Source: an uncultured bacterium
GTDB lineage: Bacteria; Fidelibacterota; Marinisomatia; Marinisomatales; UBA1611
Length of the DNA: 64,000 bases
Direction of reading: 5' to 3'
Assembly: GCA_965660855.1 (NCBI GenBank)
Contig: CBFIBM010000001.1
Coordinates: 96,001 to 160,000, forward strand
Shown here: positions 28,874-38,945 of the stretch, one piece after another
Layout: every line of letters begins with the position of its first letter
Numbering within the stretch: the stretch's first letter is position 1
The notes under the pieces: generated by a model
What the model was told of the DNA's origin: nothing
Databases searched by the model: none
What the model saw: the letters and a program-made list of their open reading frames with translations, nothing else
Position numbers and translations under genes: made by a program

Positions 28874-31198
28874 ATGAATAATAAACCTCTGCTAACCTTA
28901 TTTTTTATCTATTTGAGTTGTTCAACTCAAGAAAAGGACTATACACAGTATGTTAACCCTCTAATAGGGTCAGATTCATCTTTTTTATTATCTAACGGAA
29001 ATACTTACCCAGCGATTGCATTACCCTGGGGAATGAATTTTTGGACTCCTCAAACAGGGGAGATGGGAAATGGATGGATTTATACTGAAAAAAATTCTGG
29101 TTTAGTAGGAATACGCCAGACTCATCAACCAAGCCCTTGGATAAATGATTATGGAGCTTTTTCTATTATGCCAATCAGAGGGGAATTAAGAGTCTTAGAA
29201 AATGATCGTAAATCGCAATATAAAAATATCAAGGTATTACCTCATTATTACAAAGTTGAATTGTTAGAATCCAAGACAATAGTAGAGCTAGCTCCAACTA
29301 AAAGGTCAGCACATTTTAAAATACAATTTTCAGGTGAAGCTAAATCTCATATAATTATAGATGCTTTTTTTAAAGAATCGAAAATTAAAATAATACCAGA
29401 AGAAAACAAAGTTATTGGTGTAGCAAAAAATAATTCGGGTGGTGTACCGAAAAATTTTGCAAATTATTTTATAATTGAATTTGACACACCTTTTAATGAC
29501 TATGGAACATGGAATGGTGATGCGGAAATATTTTCAAATAATGAACTTTCAGGATCTCATGTAGGAAGTTTTGTCAGTTTTTCAAATATTAAAAGTAATA
29601 TTATTCAAGTTAGAATATCTTCATCTTTTATTAGCCATGATCAGGCCCAAATTAATTTAGCTAGGGAGATACCTAAATCACAATCTTTTGAAAAAACAAA
29701 AGAACTTGCAAGAATTTGCTGGAACAACGAGTTATCGAGGATAAAAATAAAACCTTCAAAAAAACAAAATATCTTGCATAATAAAGAATCTTCTAGTACG
29801 GTTGATAAATCTAAATCAGACGTTATTAAATTTTACTCTAGTTTGTATAGAACACTTCTATTCCCAAGAGAATTTCATGAATATAATGCACAAGGCGACC
29901 AAATTCACTATAGCCCATATAATGGAAAAATTGAGAAGGGTCCACTGTACACGGACAATGGATTTTGGGATACTTTTAGAGCGGTATTTCCTTTTTATAC
30001 ATTATTGTATCCTGAAAAATTAGGTGGAATTCTACAAGGTATTATGGTTAATCCGTATAAAGAAAGTGGATGGTTACCTGAATGGTCAAGTCCAGGACAT
30101 CGAGATTGCATGATCGGATCAAATTCAGCTTCAATTATTTCAGAAGCATATCTCAAAGGGGTTTCTAATTTTGATATTGAAACTGCATATAAAGGAATAA
30201 TAAACAGTTCTAAAAATGAAGGGCCATTAAGCTCTGTTGGTAGAAGAGGAGCAAAAGAGTATGACAGATTAGGTTTTATTCCTTATGATACTCAAATTAA
30301 TGAAAGTGTTGCTAGGACCTTGGAATACTCTTATAACGATTACTGTATATGGAAATTAGCTGAGAAATTAGGAAAGCCAGATAACGAAATAAACTTATTC
30401 AAAAGTAGATCTTTTAATTACATGAATGTCTTTGATTCTACTACAAATTTTATGAGAGGTAGATCTTCACTTGGAGAGTTTGAAAGCCCTTTTAGACCAG
30501 ATAAATGGGGAGGAGTTTTCACTGAGGGAAGTGCATGGCACTATACATGGTCTGTTCTACATGACCCACAAGGATTAATCAATTTGATGGGTGGTAAAAA
30601 GAATTTTATAAAAAAAATGGATATGATATTTACTTCTAAACCAACTTCAGATTATAGTTATTATGGCTTTAAAATTCATGAAATACTAGAAATGGAATTA
30701 GCAGGAATGGGTCAATATGCACACGGAAATCAACCAATTCAGCATGCAATATACCTCTATAATTACGCTCAGCAGCCATGGAAAACACAAGAGAAAGTAA
30801 GATATGTTATGGATAACTTATATGGTGCAGGGGCAGATGGATATTGTGGGGATGAAGATAACGGGCAAACGTCAGCATGGTTTGTTTTCTCATCTCTAGG
30901 CTTTTATCCAGTGGCACCTGTAACTGGTCAATATGTCATAGGTAGCCCACTATTTGAAGAGGTAACCATAGAGCTAAGCGATGGGAAAAAGTTGAAAATT
31001 AAGGCCCCAAATAATAGTGAGAAAAATATTTATATAAAAAGCTTGAAGTTTAATAAGACTTTATCTAACCAGAGTTGGGTCGATCATAATGATTTAAAAA
31101 ATGGAGGAATCATCGAATTTGATATGTCCAGTGTTCCCAATTTTCAATGGGGTTCAAGTGAAGACTCTACGCCATACTCAATGACAAAAAAAGAGTGA
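28874..31198 (+). CDS. GH92 alpha-1,2-mannosidase (lipoprotein)
   Basis: GNTYP..A.PWGM, THQPSPW..DY, WDTFR, EG.AW.Y.W and GDEDNGQTSAW motifs. Confidence 0.93.
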   Translation: MNNKPLLTLFFIYLSCSTQEKDYTQYVNPLIGSDSSFLLSNGNTYPAIALPWGMNFWTPQTGEMGNGWIYTEKNSGLVGIRQTHQPSPWINDYGAFSIMPIRGELRVLENDRKSQYKNIKVLPHYYKVELLESKTIVELAPTKRSAHFKIQFSGEAKSHIIIDAFFKESKIKIIPEENKVIGVAKNNSGGVPKNFANYFIIEFDTPFNDYGTWNGDAEIFSNNELSGSHVGSFVSFSNIKSNIIQVRISSSFISHDQAQINLAREIPKSQSFEKTKELARICWNNELSRIKIKPSKKQNILHNKESSSTVDKSKSDVIKFYSSLYRTLLFPREFHEYNAQGDQIHYSPYNGKIEKGPLYTDNGFWDTFRAVFPFYTLLYPEKLGGILQGIMVNPYKESGWLPEWSSPGHRDCMIGSNSASIISEAYLKGVSNFDIETAYKGIINSSKNEGPLSSVGRRGAKEYDRLGFIPYDTQINESVARTLEYSYNDYCIWKLAEKLGKPDNEINLFKSRSFNYMNVFDSTTNFMRGRSSLGEFESPFRPDKWGGVFTEGSAWHYTWSVLHDPQGLINLMGGKKNFIKKMDMIFTSKPTSDYSYYGFKIHEILEMELAGMGQYAHGNQPIQHAIYLYNYAQQPWKTQEKVRYVMDNLYGAGADGYCGDEDNGQTSAWFVFSSLGFYPVAPVTGQYVIGSPLFEEVTIELSDGKKLKIKAPNNSEKNIYIKSLKFNKTLSNQSWVDHNDLKNGGIIEFDMSSVPNFQWGSSEDSTPYSMTKKE

Positions 31199-31202
31199 AG
31201 TT

Positions 31203-32528
31203 TTATTTTTTACTATTTATTCTTCCAAAATTAGCAATGTATAAATAACAGAGGGTTAAAATTATCAGAGCAATTTTAAATCCCATGAGGTCTGTTAATA
31301 ATCCGTAAAGAGGAGGGATAATAGCTCCCCCGACTATACCTGTGCATAAAAGTCCAGACCCTTTTGGTTTTAGATCGCCCAAACCATTCAAAGACAGGGT
31401 GAAAATGGTGGGAAACATAATTGAATTGAATAATCCAACAGCTAAAATACTACACATTGATAATAATCCATTTGTAATTGCTGAAATAAGTATCATGGCA
31501 ACAGCTGAAATGGCAAAAATACTAAGAACTTTTCCTGCATTGAAAATTTTTGTAAGGTAACTACCTGCAAATCTTCCAATCATTGCTCCAGACCAGTAAA
31601 AAGTAACAAATAATCCAAACACGGCCTTGCTGCTGTATTTATAATCTCCATTATCTAATTTTAAAAAAATATCTTCTTTGAAAAAGGTAGCAATAGAATT
31701 CATTATTGAATTATTTTGTATTGATTCTACTAAATTCATATCTAAAAAATAATTAACAAGGTAACTACCAATCGAAACTTCAGCACCTACATAAAAAAAG
31801 ATGCCAAAAACTCCGTATATTAAATTTTTCTTTTTTAATGCATCCAAATAGGATCCATTTTCTTTTTCAGGCATTAGTGATGGTAGTTTAATAAAAAAGA
31901 AAGTCACTGCAATTGCAATTAGGAAACTTCCAAAAAAGATAAATGGTCCTTGCACTGCCGATGCTTCATTTGCGTAGTATAATTCTTTTGATTTTTCATC
32001 AAGTAGACTAATTTCTGTACTAGACATGATTTTATCACTCAAGAAATAAATCGCTCCAACTGAAGGTGCAATTGCAGTTCCTAAAGAGTTAAAAGCCTGG
32101 GATAAAATTAACCTGCTAGATGAAGTTTCTTCACTTCCCAGAGCTGCGACATATGGATTAGCTGCAACTTGTAGTATCGTCATTCCACCTGCAAGAATGA
32201 AATAACCAAGCATAAATATACCAAACATTCGAAAAGATGCAGCAGGATAAAATATGAAACAGCCCATGGCCATCGTTACAAGGCCAAGAATTATACCTTT
32301 TTGATACCCAATTCTAGTTAAGATATAACCTGCTGGAATAGACAGCAAAAAATACGCTCCAAAAAATGCGAATTGAACTAGACCTGACTCAAAATACGAA
32401 AGGGTAAATATTTCTCTGAACCTAGAAATAGGAGAATCAACAAGAACCGTTAAAAACCCCCAAGTAAAAAAAAGTGTAGTAACTAAAATAAATGCGTTTC
32501 GATATGCTTTATTATTATTTTTATTCAT
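31203..32528 (-). CDS. Glucose/galactose (GluP/FucP-family) MFS transporter
   Basis: LFF.WGF, LQVAANPY, YVGAEV and NSIMFPTIF motifs. Confidence 0.9.
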   Translation of the reverse strand: MNKNNNKAYRNAFILVTTLFFTWGFLTVLVDSPISRFREIFTLSYFESGLVQFAFFGAYFLLSIPAGYILTRIGYQKGIILGLVTMAMGCFIFYPAASFRMFGIFMLGYFILAGGMTILQVAANPYVAALGSEETSSSRLILSQAFNSLGTAIAPSVGAIYFLSDKIMSSTEISLLDEKSKELYYANEASAVQGPFIFFGSFLIAIAVTFFFIKLPSLMPEKENGSYLDALKKKNLIYGVFGIFFYVGAEVSIGSYLVNYFLDMNLVESIQNNSIMNSIATFFKEDIFLKLDNGDYKYSSKAVFGLFVTFYWSGAMIGRFAGSYLTKIFNAGKVLSIFAISAVAMILISAITNGLLSMCSILAVGLFNSIMFPTIFTLSLNGLGDLKPKGSGLLCTGIVGGAIIPPLYGLLTDLMGFKIALIILTLCYLYIANFGRINSKK

Positions 32529-32838
32529 GCCGTCCTTTATATTTTGTAAAATAATTTTTATATGCTTATTTATTTTTAAACTTAAGAACTATCTAGTTAA
32601 TATGAAACTTTAGTCTTTCTATTGAATTACAAAATCTAAATCTATGAAAAATTGGCATATTGATTTGGAATTTTAAAACAGATGAACATTTTTTTCATCA
32701 CCTAAAAAATTCATTAAAATCTTCTATCCATTTTCCTAATGCAGATATATGTTGATGATCAGTGAGGAAGTAAAATAAATTCCTAATTGAAGAGTATAAT
32801 TTTTATTGTAGTAATTTGATCTCCAAATTTTATATTTA

Positions 32839-34647
32839 TTATTTGTTTATGTTATTAATATAAATCGCAAGCTTAATATAATTTTTATTACTGGGATACC
32901 AGAATATTGCTTGTTCAATACTCTTTGATGCTTCATTTATTTTTCCCATTTTTGCATAGACATAAGCAATCCAGTAATGGTATGAGCTACGATGAGGAGT
33001 TCTCTTAATACTCTCTTTTAAATGTTTTACTGCAAGTTCATACTGTTCCAACTGGATAGAAAGTAAAGCAATCTTTGATGGTGGATATGGTGAATTTAAT
33101 AGCCCCTCAATAGATCTGTCACCAGTGTTGTAAATTTGTTCTTTTGGAGCACCTTTTTTTATAAGTTGTTCTAAAATTTTATAATTTTTTTCTCCAGGAA
33201 TACGAAAAATAGGAGATAAACAAAACCCAATTAAAATTATACCGAAAATTCCAATTGGAAGAATCTCTCTTGTCAATAGAATTCCATCATCTTTTTGAAA
33301 TTTTAATCCAAGGGAAGGAAGAATGAGAAACGTCGCTACGGTCGCCGGAACTTGAATATTAAAGTTAAACAGCGAATGTAATGACCAAGCTAAGCTTCCA
33401 GCTATGGATGCTATAAATATCAAATTTGATTGAATTATTAGTTTTCCTTTTTTTACAAGATAAAATATAAAAATAGGATGGAATAGCATTATTAATGCAG
33501 CGATACCACCAAAAAAACCACATTGACTTAAAAGATTAAGGAATAAATTATGTGCAAACCTTGTTACCTCGCCTGTTGAATCTATATTTTGGATATGATA
33601 ATTATAGAATTCGCCCATTCCTACACCTAATATTGGAAATTCCTTAAACATTTGAATCGCACTATTCCAAACATTAAATCGATATTGAAGACTTAATAAC
33701 TTTTGTTCTGAAAATATATTTTCCTTGAAAATAAAAACTAAAAAAACTGACAATAATATAAATGAAAACAAATATCTTGATTTAGTAAAAAAAAATATTT
33801 CTTTCCAATAATCATTTTTTTGTATCCAAAACCAAAATAAACCAAAAATTGTTAATAATAAAATTAATGCGGATGCAAGGCTCCCACTAAGCCATAGTGT
33901 TTTAAAGGTAAATACAAATGTTAAAGTAGTAATTAGAATCTTGCTTGGTTTATTTGGTTTAATATAGTTACCTGATTTCCATGCTAAAAGAACACATAAA
34001 GGAAATACTAAAATTAAATGTGCTCCCAAATGATTAGAATAAGGAAAAGAGCCTCCATATCTTTCTGTAGCTTTTAATATTCTGAGTTCTTTTGAATTAA
34101 TTTGTTCACGTTGATCCAGTTTTTTTTCAAGTTGTTTTTGCACCATTGGAAATAAAAAATACTTTTGATTCCATGCATAGGCTGAGGATAATAAAAAACC
34201 TGAACAGATGGAAATTAAAATAAAATGGCGAGTTTTAGGATAAGCTTGCATAAATATAATAGTAGATGAAACCAAAACTATAACTGAAAAAATTTGTACT
34301 GAAAATAAATATGCCACATCTTTTTCTGTTGTATTTATCATGCCTATTAAAGAAGCAATTAAAACCATCAATCCAGGAATAATGTTGAGAAAAGTAAAAA
34401 TAAGAGATTTTTTTGATAGCCCCCGCCGGTTTAAAATTACTATCGTAAGACTGATAGCACCTAAGAAAGGAAATGTGAAAACTGGCCAACCTCCAATAAT
34501 CCAAGATATAAAATCCACGTTCCAAGTAGATTGATCACTGGGGTTGATATTCCCTCCGTATTTAAGCGGAAGTAAGAACCAAATTATAATTATAATGAAT
34601 AATATAACCTTTTGAAAAATTGTATTAAGTTGTATTCTATTTAACAA
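32839..34647 (-). CDS. O-antigen ligase/Wzy_C-family membrane protein with C-terminal TPR
   Basis: Many TM helices; G.F.Y.NH, R...W..A..MF...PI.G.G.G.F and AHN..L motifs; TPR tail. Confidence 0.85.
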   Translation of the reverse strand: MLNRIQLNTIFQKVILFIIIIIWFLLPLKYGGNINPSDQSTWNVDFISWIIGGWPVFTFPFLGAISLTIVILNRRGLSKKSLIFTFLNIIPGLMVLIASLIGMINTTEKDVAYLFSVQIFSVIVLVSSTIIFMQAYPKTRHFILISICSGFLLSSAYAWNQKYFLFPMVQKQLEKKLDQREQINSKELRILKATERYGGSFPYSNHLGAHLILVFPLCVLLAWKSGNYIKPNKPSKILITTLTFVFTFKTLWLSGSLASALILLLTIFGLFWFWIQKNDYWKEIFFFTKSRYLFSFILLSVFLVFIFKENIFSEQKLLSLQYRFNVWNSAIQMFKEFPILGVGMGEFYNYHIQNIDSTGEVTRFAHNLFLNLLSQCGFFGGIAALIMLFHPIFIFYLVKKGKLIIQSNLIFIASIAGSLAWSLHSLFNFNIQVPATVATFLILPSLGLKFQKDDGILLTREILPIGIFGIILIGFCLSPIFRIPGEKNYKILEQLIKKGAPKEQIYNTGDRSIEGLLNSPYPPSKIALLSIQLEQYELAVKHLKESIKRTPHRSSYHYWIAYVYAKMGKINEASKSIEQAIFWYPSNKNYIKLAIYINNINK

Positions 34648-34874
34648 AGTGCTTTAATTTTTTTCTATTTGGTAAATGAAATTCATTTTTAGTACTCGTT
34701 TTTGAAAGTAGATATTCAAGCTAATAGATACTTTAAAAGCTTTAGATCAAATATACAAAATTATACGACTGCCCCATGGATAAAAAATTATGTAACAAAA
34801 CCATAAAATTGTATTTTATACTTTTATTTTTTGAAAATTATAAATTATGCATGTATTTTGCATTAAATTATATA

Positions 34875-35057
34875 ATGATTAAGAAACTTATTACTCTTCT
34901 GGTTGTCGCATTTTGCATGGTGGCCATTATTTTTGCTCAGGATCCGCCTGCGCTACCGACACCTCCTAATCAAGGTCCTATAGATGGCATGATATGGTTG
35001 GTATTTGGTGGGTTTCTTTTAGCTCTGGAAAAGTATTCTGGAACCAATAAAAAATAA
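34875..35057 (+). CDS. PID-CTERM sorting-signal mini-protein (60 aa)
   Basis: Signal peptide, QDPPALPTPPNQG linker, PIDG, TM helix and KK tail; sits directly before an exosortase. Confidence 0.8.
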   Translation: MIKKLITLLVVAFCMVAIIFAQDPPALPTPPNQGPIDGMIWLVFGGFLLALEKYSGTNKK

Positions 35058-35085
35058 TATTAATCAAAATCCTTTTATTGGATTT

Positions 35086-35562
35086 TTGATAAAAGCAGTA
35101 CTTTTCTACGTTTTCTGGCAGATATTGTATGATTTGTTTATATACAACGATGGCCGATTAGATCAATTTCTTGCTGTTTCTGTTGCATTTATTGCAAAAT
35201 TTTTTCTTAGCTTTTTTGGTTGGGATATTAGTGTTTTAGGAAGGTTAATTGTTATAGATGGATATCGTGGAGTTGAAGTATTAAATGAGTGTAATGCCTT
35301 AACCCTCATGGCACTTTATTCTGGGTTCATTATTTCTTTTCAAGGTCCCAATAAGGATAGAGCATTATTTATTCTTGGCGGGATAGGAATTATTTATATC
35401 TTAAATATCTTTCGTATTATTGCATTTTCCCTTGCAACGGTTTATTTTCAGAAATATTGGAACCATTTTCATGAATTTAGTGCGTTTATATTTTTCTATC
35501 CTTTCATTTTAACTTTATGGTATCAATGGACATTATTAAGCGAAAAAAATATCAAATCGTAA
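35086..35562 (+). CDS. Exosortase/archaeosortase-family transpeptidase (XrtX-like)
   Basis: V..ECNA (catalytic Cys), N..RI (Arg) and FH (His) in a multi-TM protein; the start may lie further upstream (CTG at 35038). Confidence 0.85.
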   Translation: MIKAVLFYVFWQILYDLFIYNDGRLDQFLAVSVAFIAKFFLSFFGWDISVLGRLIVIDGYRGVEVLNECNALTLMALYSGFIISFQGPNKDRALFILGGIGIIYILNIFRIIAFSLATVYFQKYWNHFHEFSAFIFFYPFILTLWYQWTLLSEKNIKS

Positions 35563-36026
35563 ATAGAACTATCTGCAGCATAGTATTTTTTTTAACTTGC
35601 TATTTTGTATTTATTAGACCTCTGAGGGTTTATGTAAATAAAAATTACATTGCACCGTTTTATCTGTCATTTGACCAAGATCAAAATACTTCTGTTAGCT
35701 CAACAGATAGGCGAATAAATATTCTGTTAGAAGGATATAGCTCGCCAAGAGGATTTGGTATACCATTTGGAGGATATTTTTGGTTACCTTTATCTTTATT
35801 TATTGCAACGCGACAAAAAATGGCTAGCAAAATTTTAATACTTTATCATTTACTACTTGGAATAATTCCTCCATATCTTGCATTTCTATTTATAAATAAT
35901 ATAAATTGGGCTGGAATAGGACTTAAAGTAAATGAAACTCTTTTTCAAGGTGTGTTTCTCATATCATTATTTGTAAGCCTGAAAACTATTTTTGAGATTT
36001 TTAAAAAGGATAACAAATACAGTTAA
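35517..36026 (+). CDS. Membrane protein, probably exosortase-associated
   Basis: About four TM segments; overlaps the end of the exosortase gene. Confidence 0.55.
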   Translation: MVSMDIIKRKKYQIVNRTICSIVFFLTCYFVFIRPLRVYVNKNYIAPFYLSFDQDQNTSVSSTDRRINILLEGYSSPRGFGIPFGGYFWLPLSLFIATRQKMASKILILYHLLLGIIPPYLAFLFINNINWAGIGLKVNETLFQGVFLISLFVSLKTIFEIFKKDNKYS

Positions 36027-36027
36027 A

Positions 36028-36426
36028 ATGATAATTATGAATAAATTTATTTTCTTCATTTTCTTATTAAATCTTTTGTTTCCGCAAACTGGAGATGATT
36101 ATCTAAAACAATACCCATTCAATAAGTCATATGAAAAAATGAATTCAGATGAAATTGGATATAAAAATTTTTATGAAGGTTACATCAATGGATTTCTAAG
36201 GGGTAATGAAATGACAAGAAATATATCCTATTCATTTCTTTCAAAATTTTTTGAATCTAAAGATTATAATTTAAAAGTAGATGTAAGTAGTAGAATATTA
36301 GGGTTGGAAATGAATGATCGTACGAAAATAATTAAAGAATGGTGTATAGCAAACCCAAATAAAATTCATCTCCCATTTGACCAGATTTTATTTCTATCCT
36401 TTGCCGTTTTACCATTCAGAGAATGA
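36028..36426 (+). CDS. Exported hypothetical protein with weak Rap1a-immunity-like features
   Basis: Signal peptide, then TGDDY, GYINGF and ..NP.KIH.P patterns. Confidence 0.5.
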   Translation: MIIMNKFIFFIFLLNLLFPQTGDDYLKQYPFNKSYEKMNSDEIGYKNFYEGYINGFLRGNEMTRNISYSFLSKFFESKDYNLKVDVSSRILGLEMNDRTKIIKEWCIANPNKIHLPFDQILFLSFAVLPFRE

Positions 36427-36433
36427 GTCTTTT

Positions 36434-36877
36434 TTAATCATCTTTTAGGATATACTTCATAATAGTTTTAAATCCATAAAATTCATCTGTCTCTTTATCA
36501 ATTGTTATGATTGATAAAGTATTATTTAATATCTTATAAGAAGCATTAATAGTATCCTCTTTAGAAATTATGCTCAAGCTATCATCTTTGACTAACCAAT
36601 TACCTTTCCCAGTATTTTTATTCCCATCAAAATCTGAAAAGTATATTATTTCACCAGATTTTTTAAATGTTAGTGTTTCTTGATTTGTATCATTCCTAAA
36701 TATGGTTTCACTTTCTTCTCTTTCTCCATAAGTGATTGTTTCCATTGATTGGAAGATCCATTCATTTAATAATTTAAGATTTGATGAATTGTATTTAGGT
36801 TTAATTTTAAAAAGATTTTGAGCGTTAAGAGAGAATGAAAATACAATTAAAAAAAAATATGATTTCATGAGGTACAA
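36434..36877 (-). CDS. Exported lipocalin-like beta-barrel protein
   Basis: Signal peptide; L..EW, LTF.K.G and G.W...D.L patterns. Confidence 0.55.
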   Translation of the reverse strand: MYLMKSYFFLIVFSFSLNAQNLFKIKPKYNSSNLKLLNEWIFQSMETITYGEREESETIFRNDTNQETLTFKKSGEIIYFSDFDGNKNTGKGNWLVKDDSLSIISKEDTINASYKILNNTLSIITIDKETDEFYGFKTIMKYILKDD

Positions 36878-37081
36878 CCTAGTTACGTTTAAATAAATAT
36901 TATTTTCTTAAAATATTATTTGTCAGCTTAAGATGTATTTAATATACGAAAAATAATATAATATGATAATATATATTAAATAAGTCCAATTTAATTGGTT
37001 ATTTTTATATTGAAAAATATTGGTTCTAATTTTAAAATAAGATGAAGTATTAATTTAAATTTTATAAATAGGGTTTAAGAT

Positions 37082-37558
37082 ATGAGTACTATGATTTTGC
37101 GCGAAACACATCAGGCTTTGATTGAAGAGATGGAACGCCTTGATAAAAAGAAAAAAGAAACATCAATTAAAATAAGAGAGGCAGCAAGTCATGGTGATCT
37201 GAAAGAGAACGCAGAATACCATGCTGCAAGGGAAGAGCAAAGTATGATAATTTATAAAAAGCAGTTAATGCAATCTCATTCACCTTTTCAAATTATTGAG
37301 CATAATGAAATCGGAACTGATGCAGTTAGTTTTGGTAATAAAGTAGGAATTCTGGAGGAAGGAAAAGATAAAGAAGAAGATTATTATTTACTTGGACCAA
37401 TTGAATTTGAATTAGATCTTTATCCATTAGTAGTAACCAATCATTCCCCCTTTGGGCAAGAAATGCTTGGAAAAAAAATAGGAGAAAGTTTTATTCTTGA
37501 TATTCGAGGAGTAGACACAAAATTTACAATCATGTCAATTGAAAAAATTTTAGATTAA
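37082..37558 (+). CDS. greA: GreA/GreB-family transcription elongation factor (divergent)
   Basis: A.SHGDLKENAEYHAAREEQ and SPFG..MLGK motifs. Confidence 0.8.
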   Translation: MSTMILRETHQALIEEMERLDKKKKETSIKIREAASHGDLKENAEYHAAREEQSMIIYKKQLMQSHSPFQIIEHNEIGTDAVSFGNKVGILEEGKDKEEDYYLLGPIEFELDLYPLVVTNHSPFGQEMLGKKIGESFILDIRGVDTKFTIMSIEKILD

Positions 37559-37610
37559 AATTAAATACAGTTTTTAAAGATAGTAATGAATAATTATATA
37601 ACTTACCATA

Positions 37611-38564
37611 ATGTTTAAGAAATTAATTTTTCAAATATTTTTTTTGTTTTCATTTACTTTTGCGCAAGATCCAGTTTCAATAGGATTTTGGAATGTAGAA
37701 AATTTATTTGATCTGAAAAATGATCCAGCTACTAATGATGATGAATTTGCAATTGGCGGTAAAAAGAAAGTAACCAAGAAAATTTACGATTTAAAAATAA
37801 AAAATTTAGCAGAAGTGCTTTATGATTTAAATGTGGATATTCTTGGTTTATGCGAAGTTGAGAATGTTGATGTCTTAAAGGACCTGAATAATGCATATTT
37901 TGATCGAATGTATAAAATCATACATTTTGATTCACCGGATAGTAGGGGCATTGATAATGCACTACTTTATGATCATACTAAATTCAAAGTTATAAATTCA
38001 GAAGCTATTCCTAATACATTGGAAAATGGTTACAAAACTAGAGATATACTTTATGTTACTGGTTTGATTTTTGATAAAATGATTCATATATTTATTAATC
38101 ATTGGCCATCTAATTATGGAGGAAGAGAAAAAGCTATTCCAAAAAGAAAAACCACAGTAGATCTTATATCAAAAAAAATTGAAGAAATTCAACGTAAAGA
38201 TGCTAGTGCTGAAATAATACTGTTGGGTGACTTTAATGAAAACCCGGATGAGGAAAATATTCAATCCATGAAAAAGTATGGATTAGTAAGTTTAATGGAA
38301 CCATTTATTAATGAACCAAAAGTTGGTACAAATGTATATCGAGGTAAAGATTATCTTTACGATCAAATAATCGTTAATCAAGAGCTTCTTAATAAAAATA
38401 ATCTTTATGTTCCAATTGAAACACTCTATATCTTAGACCTACCTAAGTATCGTCAGCAAGAAGGGAATTATAAACATTACCCATTCCGATTTTGGGCAGG
38501 GAATAGACTTCTGGGAGGTTATTCTGATCATTTGGCAATAAAAATTAATATTAAAGTAAACTAA
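37611..38564 (+). CDS. Exported endonuclease/exonuclease/phosphatase (EEP) family protein
   Basis: WNVENLFD, EVEN, NHWPS, GDFN and GYSDH motifs. Confidence 0.9.
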   Translation: MFKKLIFQIFFLFSFTFAQDPVSIGFWNVENLFDLKNDPATNDDEFAIGGKKKVTKKIYDLKIKNLAEVLYDLNVDILGLCEVENVDVLKDLNNAYFDRMYKIIHFDSPDSRGIDNALLYDHTKFKVINSEAIPNTLENGYKTRDILYVTGLIFDKMIHIFINHWPSNYGGREKAIPKRKTTVDLISKKIEEIQRKDASAEIILLGDFNENPDEENIQSMKKYGLVSLMEPFINEPKVGTNVYRGKDYLYDQIIVNQELLNKNNLYVPIETLYILDLPKYRQQEGNYKHYPFRFWAGNRLLGGYSDHLAIKINIKVN

Positions 38565-38571
38565 TAATTCA

Positions 38572-38853
38572 ATGGAGGCTAATATGAATATAGATATTAC
38601 AGGAAGAGGTTTTACTCCATCAGAGAACCTTAAAACGTTTATTAATGAAAAATCATCATCTTTATTAAAATATGATCCAAATATTTTAAATGCTAAAGTT
38701 GTATTGATCAAAGAAGGAAGAGCTGAAAAAGTTGAATTGATAATTTCAGGAAAAAAAAATAATTATATAGCTAAATGTTATAGTTCTGTTTTTGAAAAAA
38801 CAGTTGTTCATGCTATCAGTAAAATAAAATCACAAATAGAAAAAGTTCATTAA
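38572..38853 (+). CDS. Short ribosome hibernation factor (HPF/RaiA family), divergent
   Basis: MNIDITGR N-terminus, ...K...QI.K C-terminus and appropriate size. Confidence 0.7.
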   Translation: MEANMNIDITGRGFTPSENLKTFINEKSSSLLKYDPNILNAKVVLIKEGRAEKVELIISGKKNNYIAKCYSSVFEKTVVHAISKIKSQIEKVH

Positions 38854-38945
38854 TCTAGTAAGTCAATTGTATTAGAAATCTAATCATAATTAATCGTTAA
38901 ATAGTAAGCGGGTAGTATATAAACAATTTACAAAAAATATTTATA

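Noticed and set aside
32529..32838. Possible pseudogene remnant between the sugar transporter and the O-antigen-ligase-like gene
   Set aside because: Only short open stretches with no recognisable homology.
34776..34874. Longer 93-aa version of the PID-CTERM ORF
   Set aside because: A typical signal peptide begins at ATG 34875 (MIKK...); the upstream part looks like AT-rich promoter sequence.
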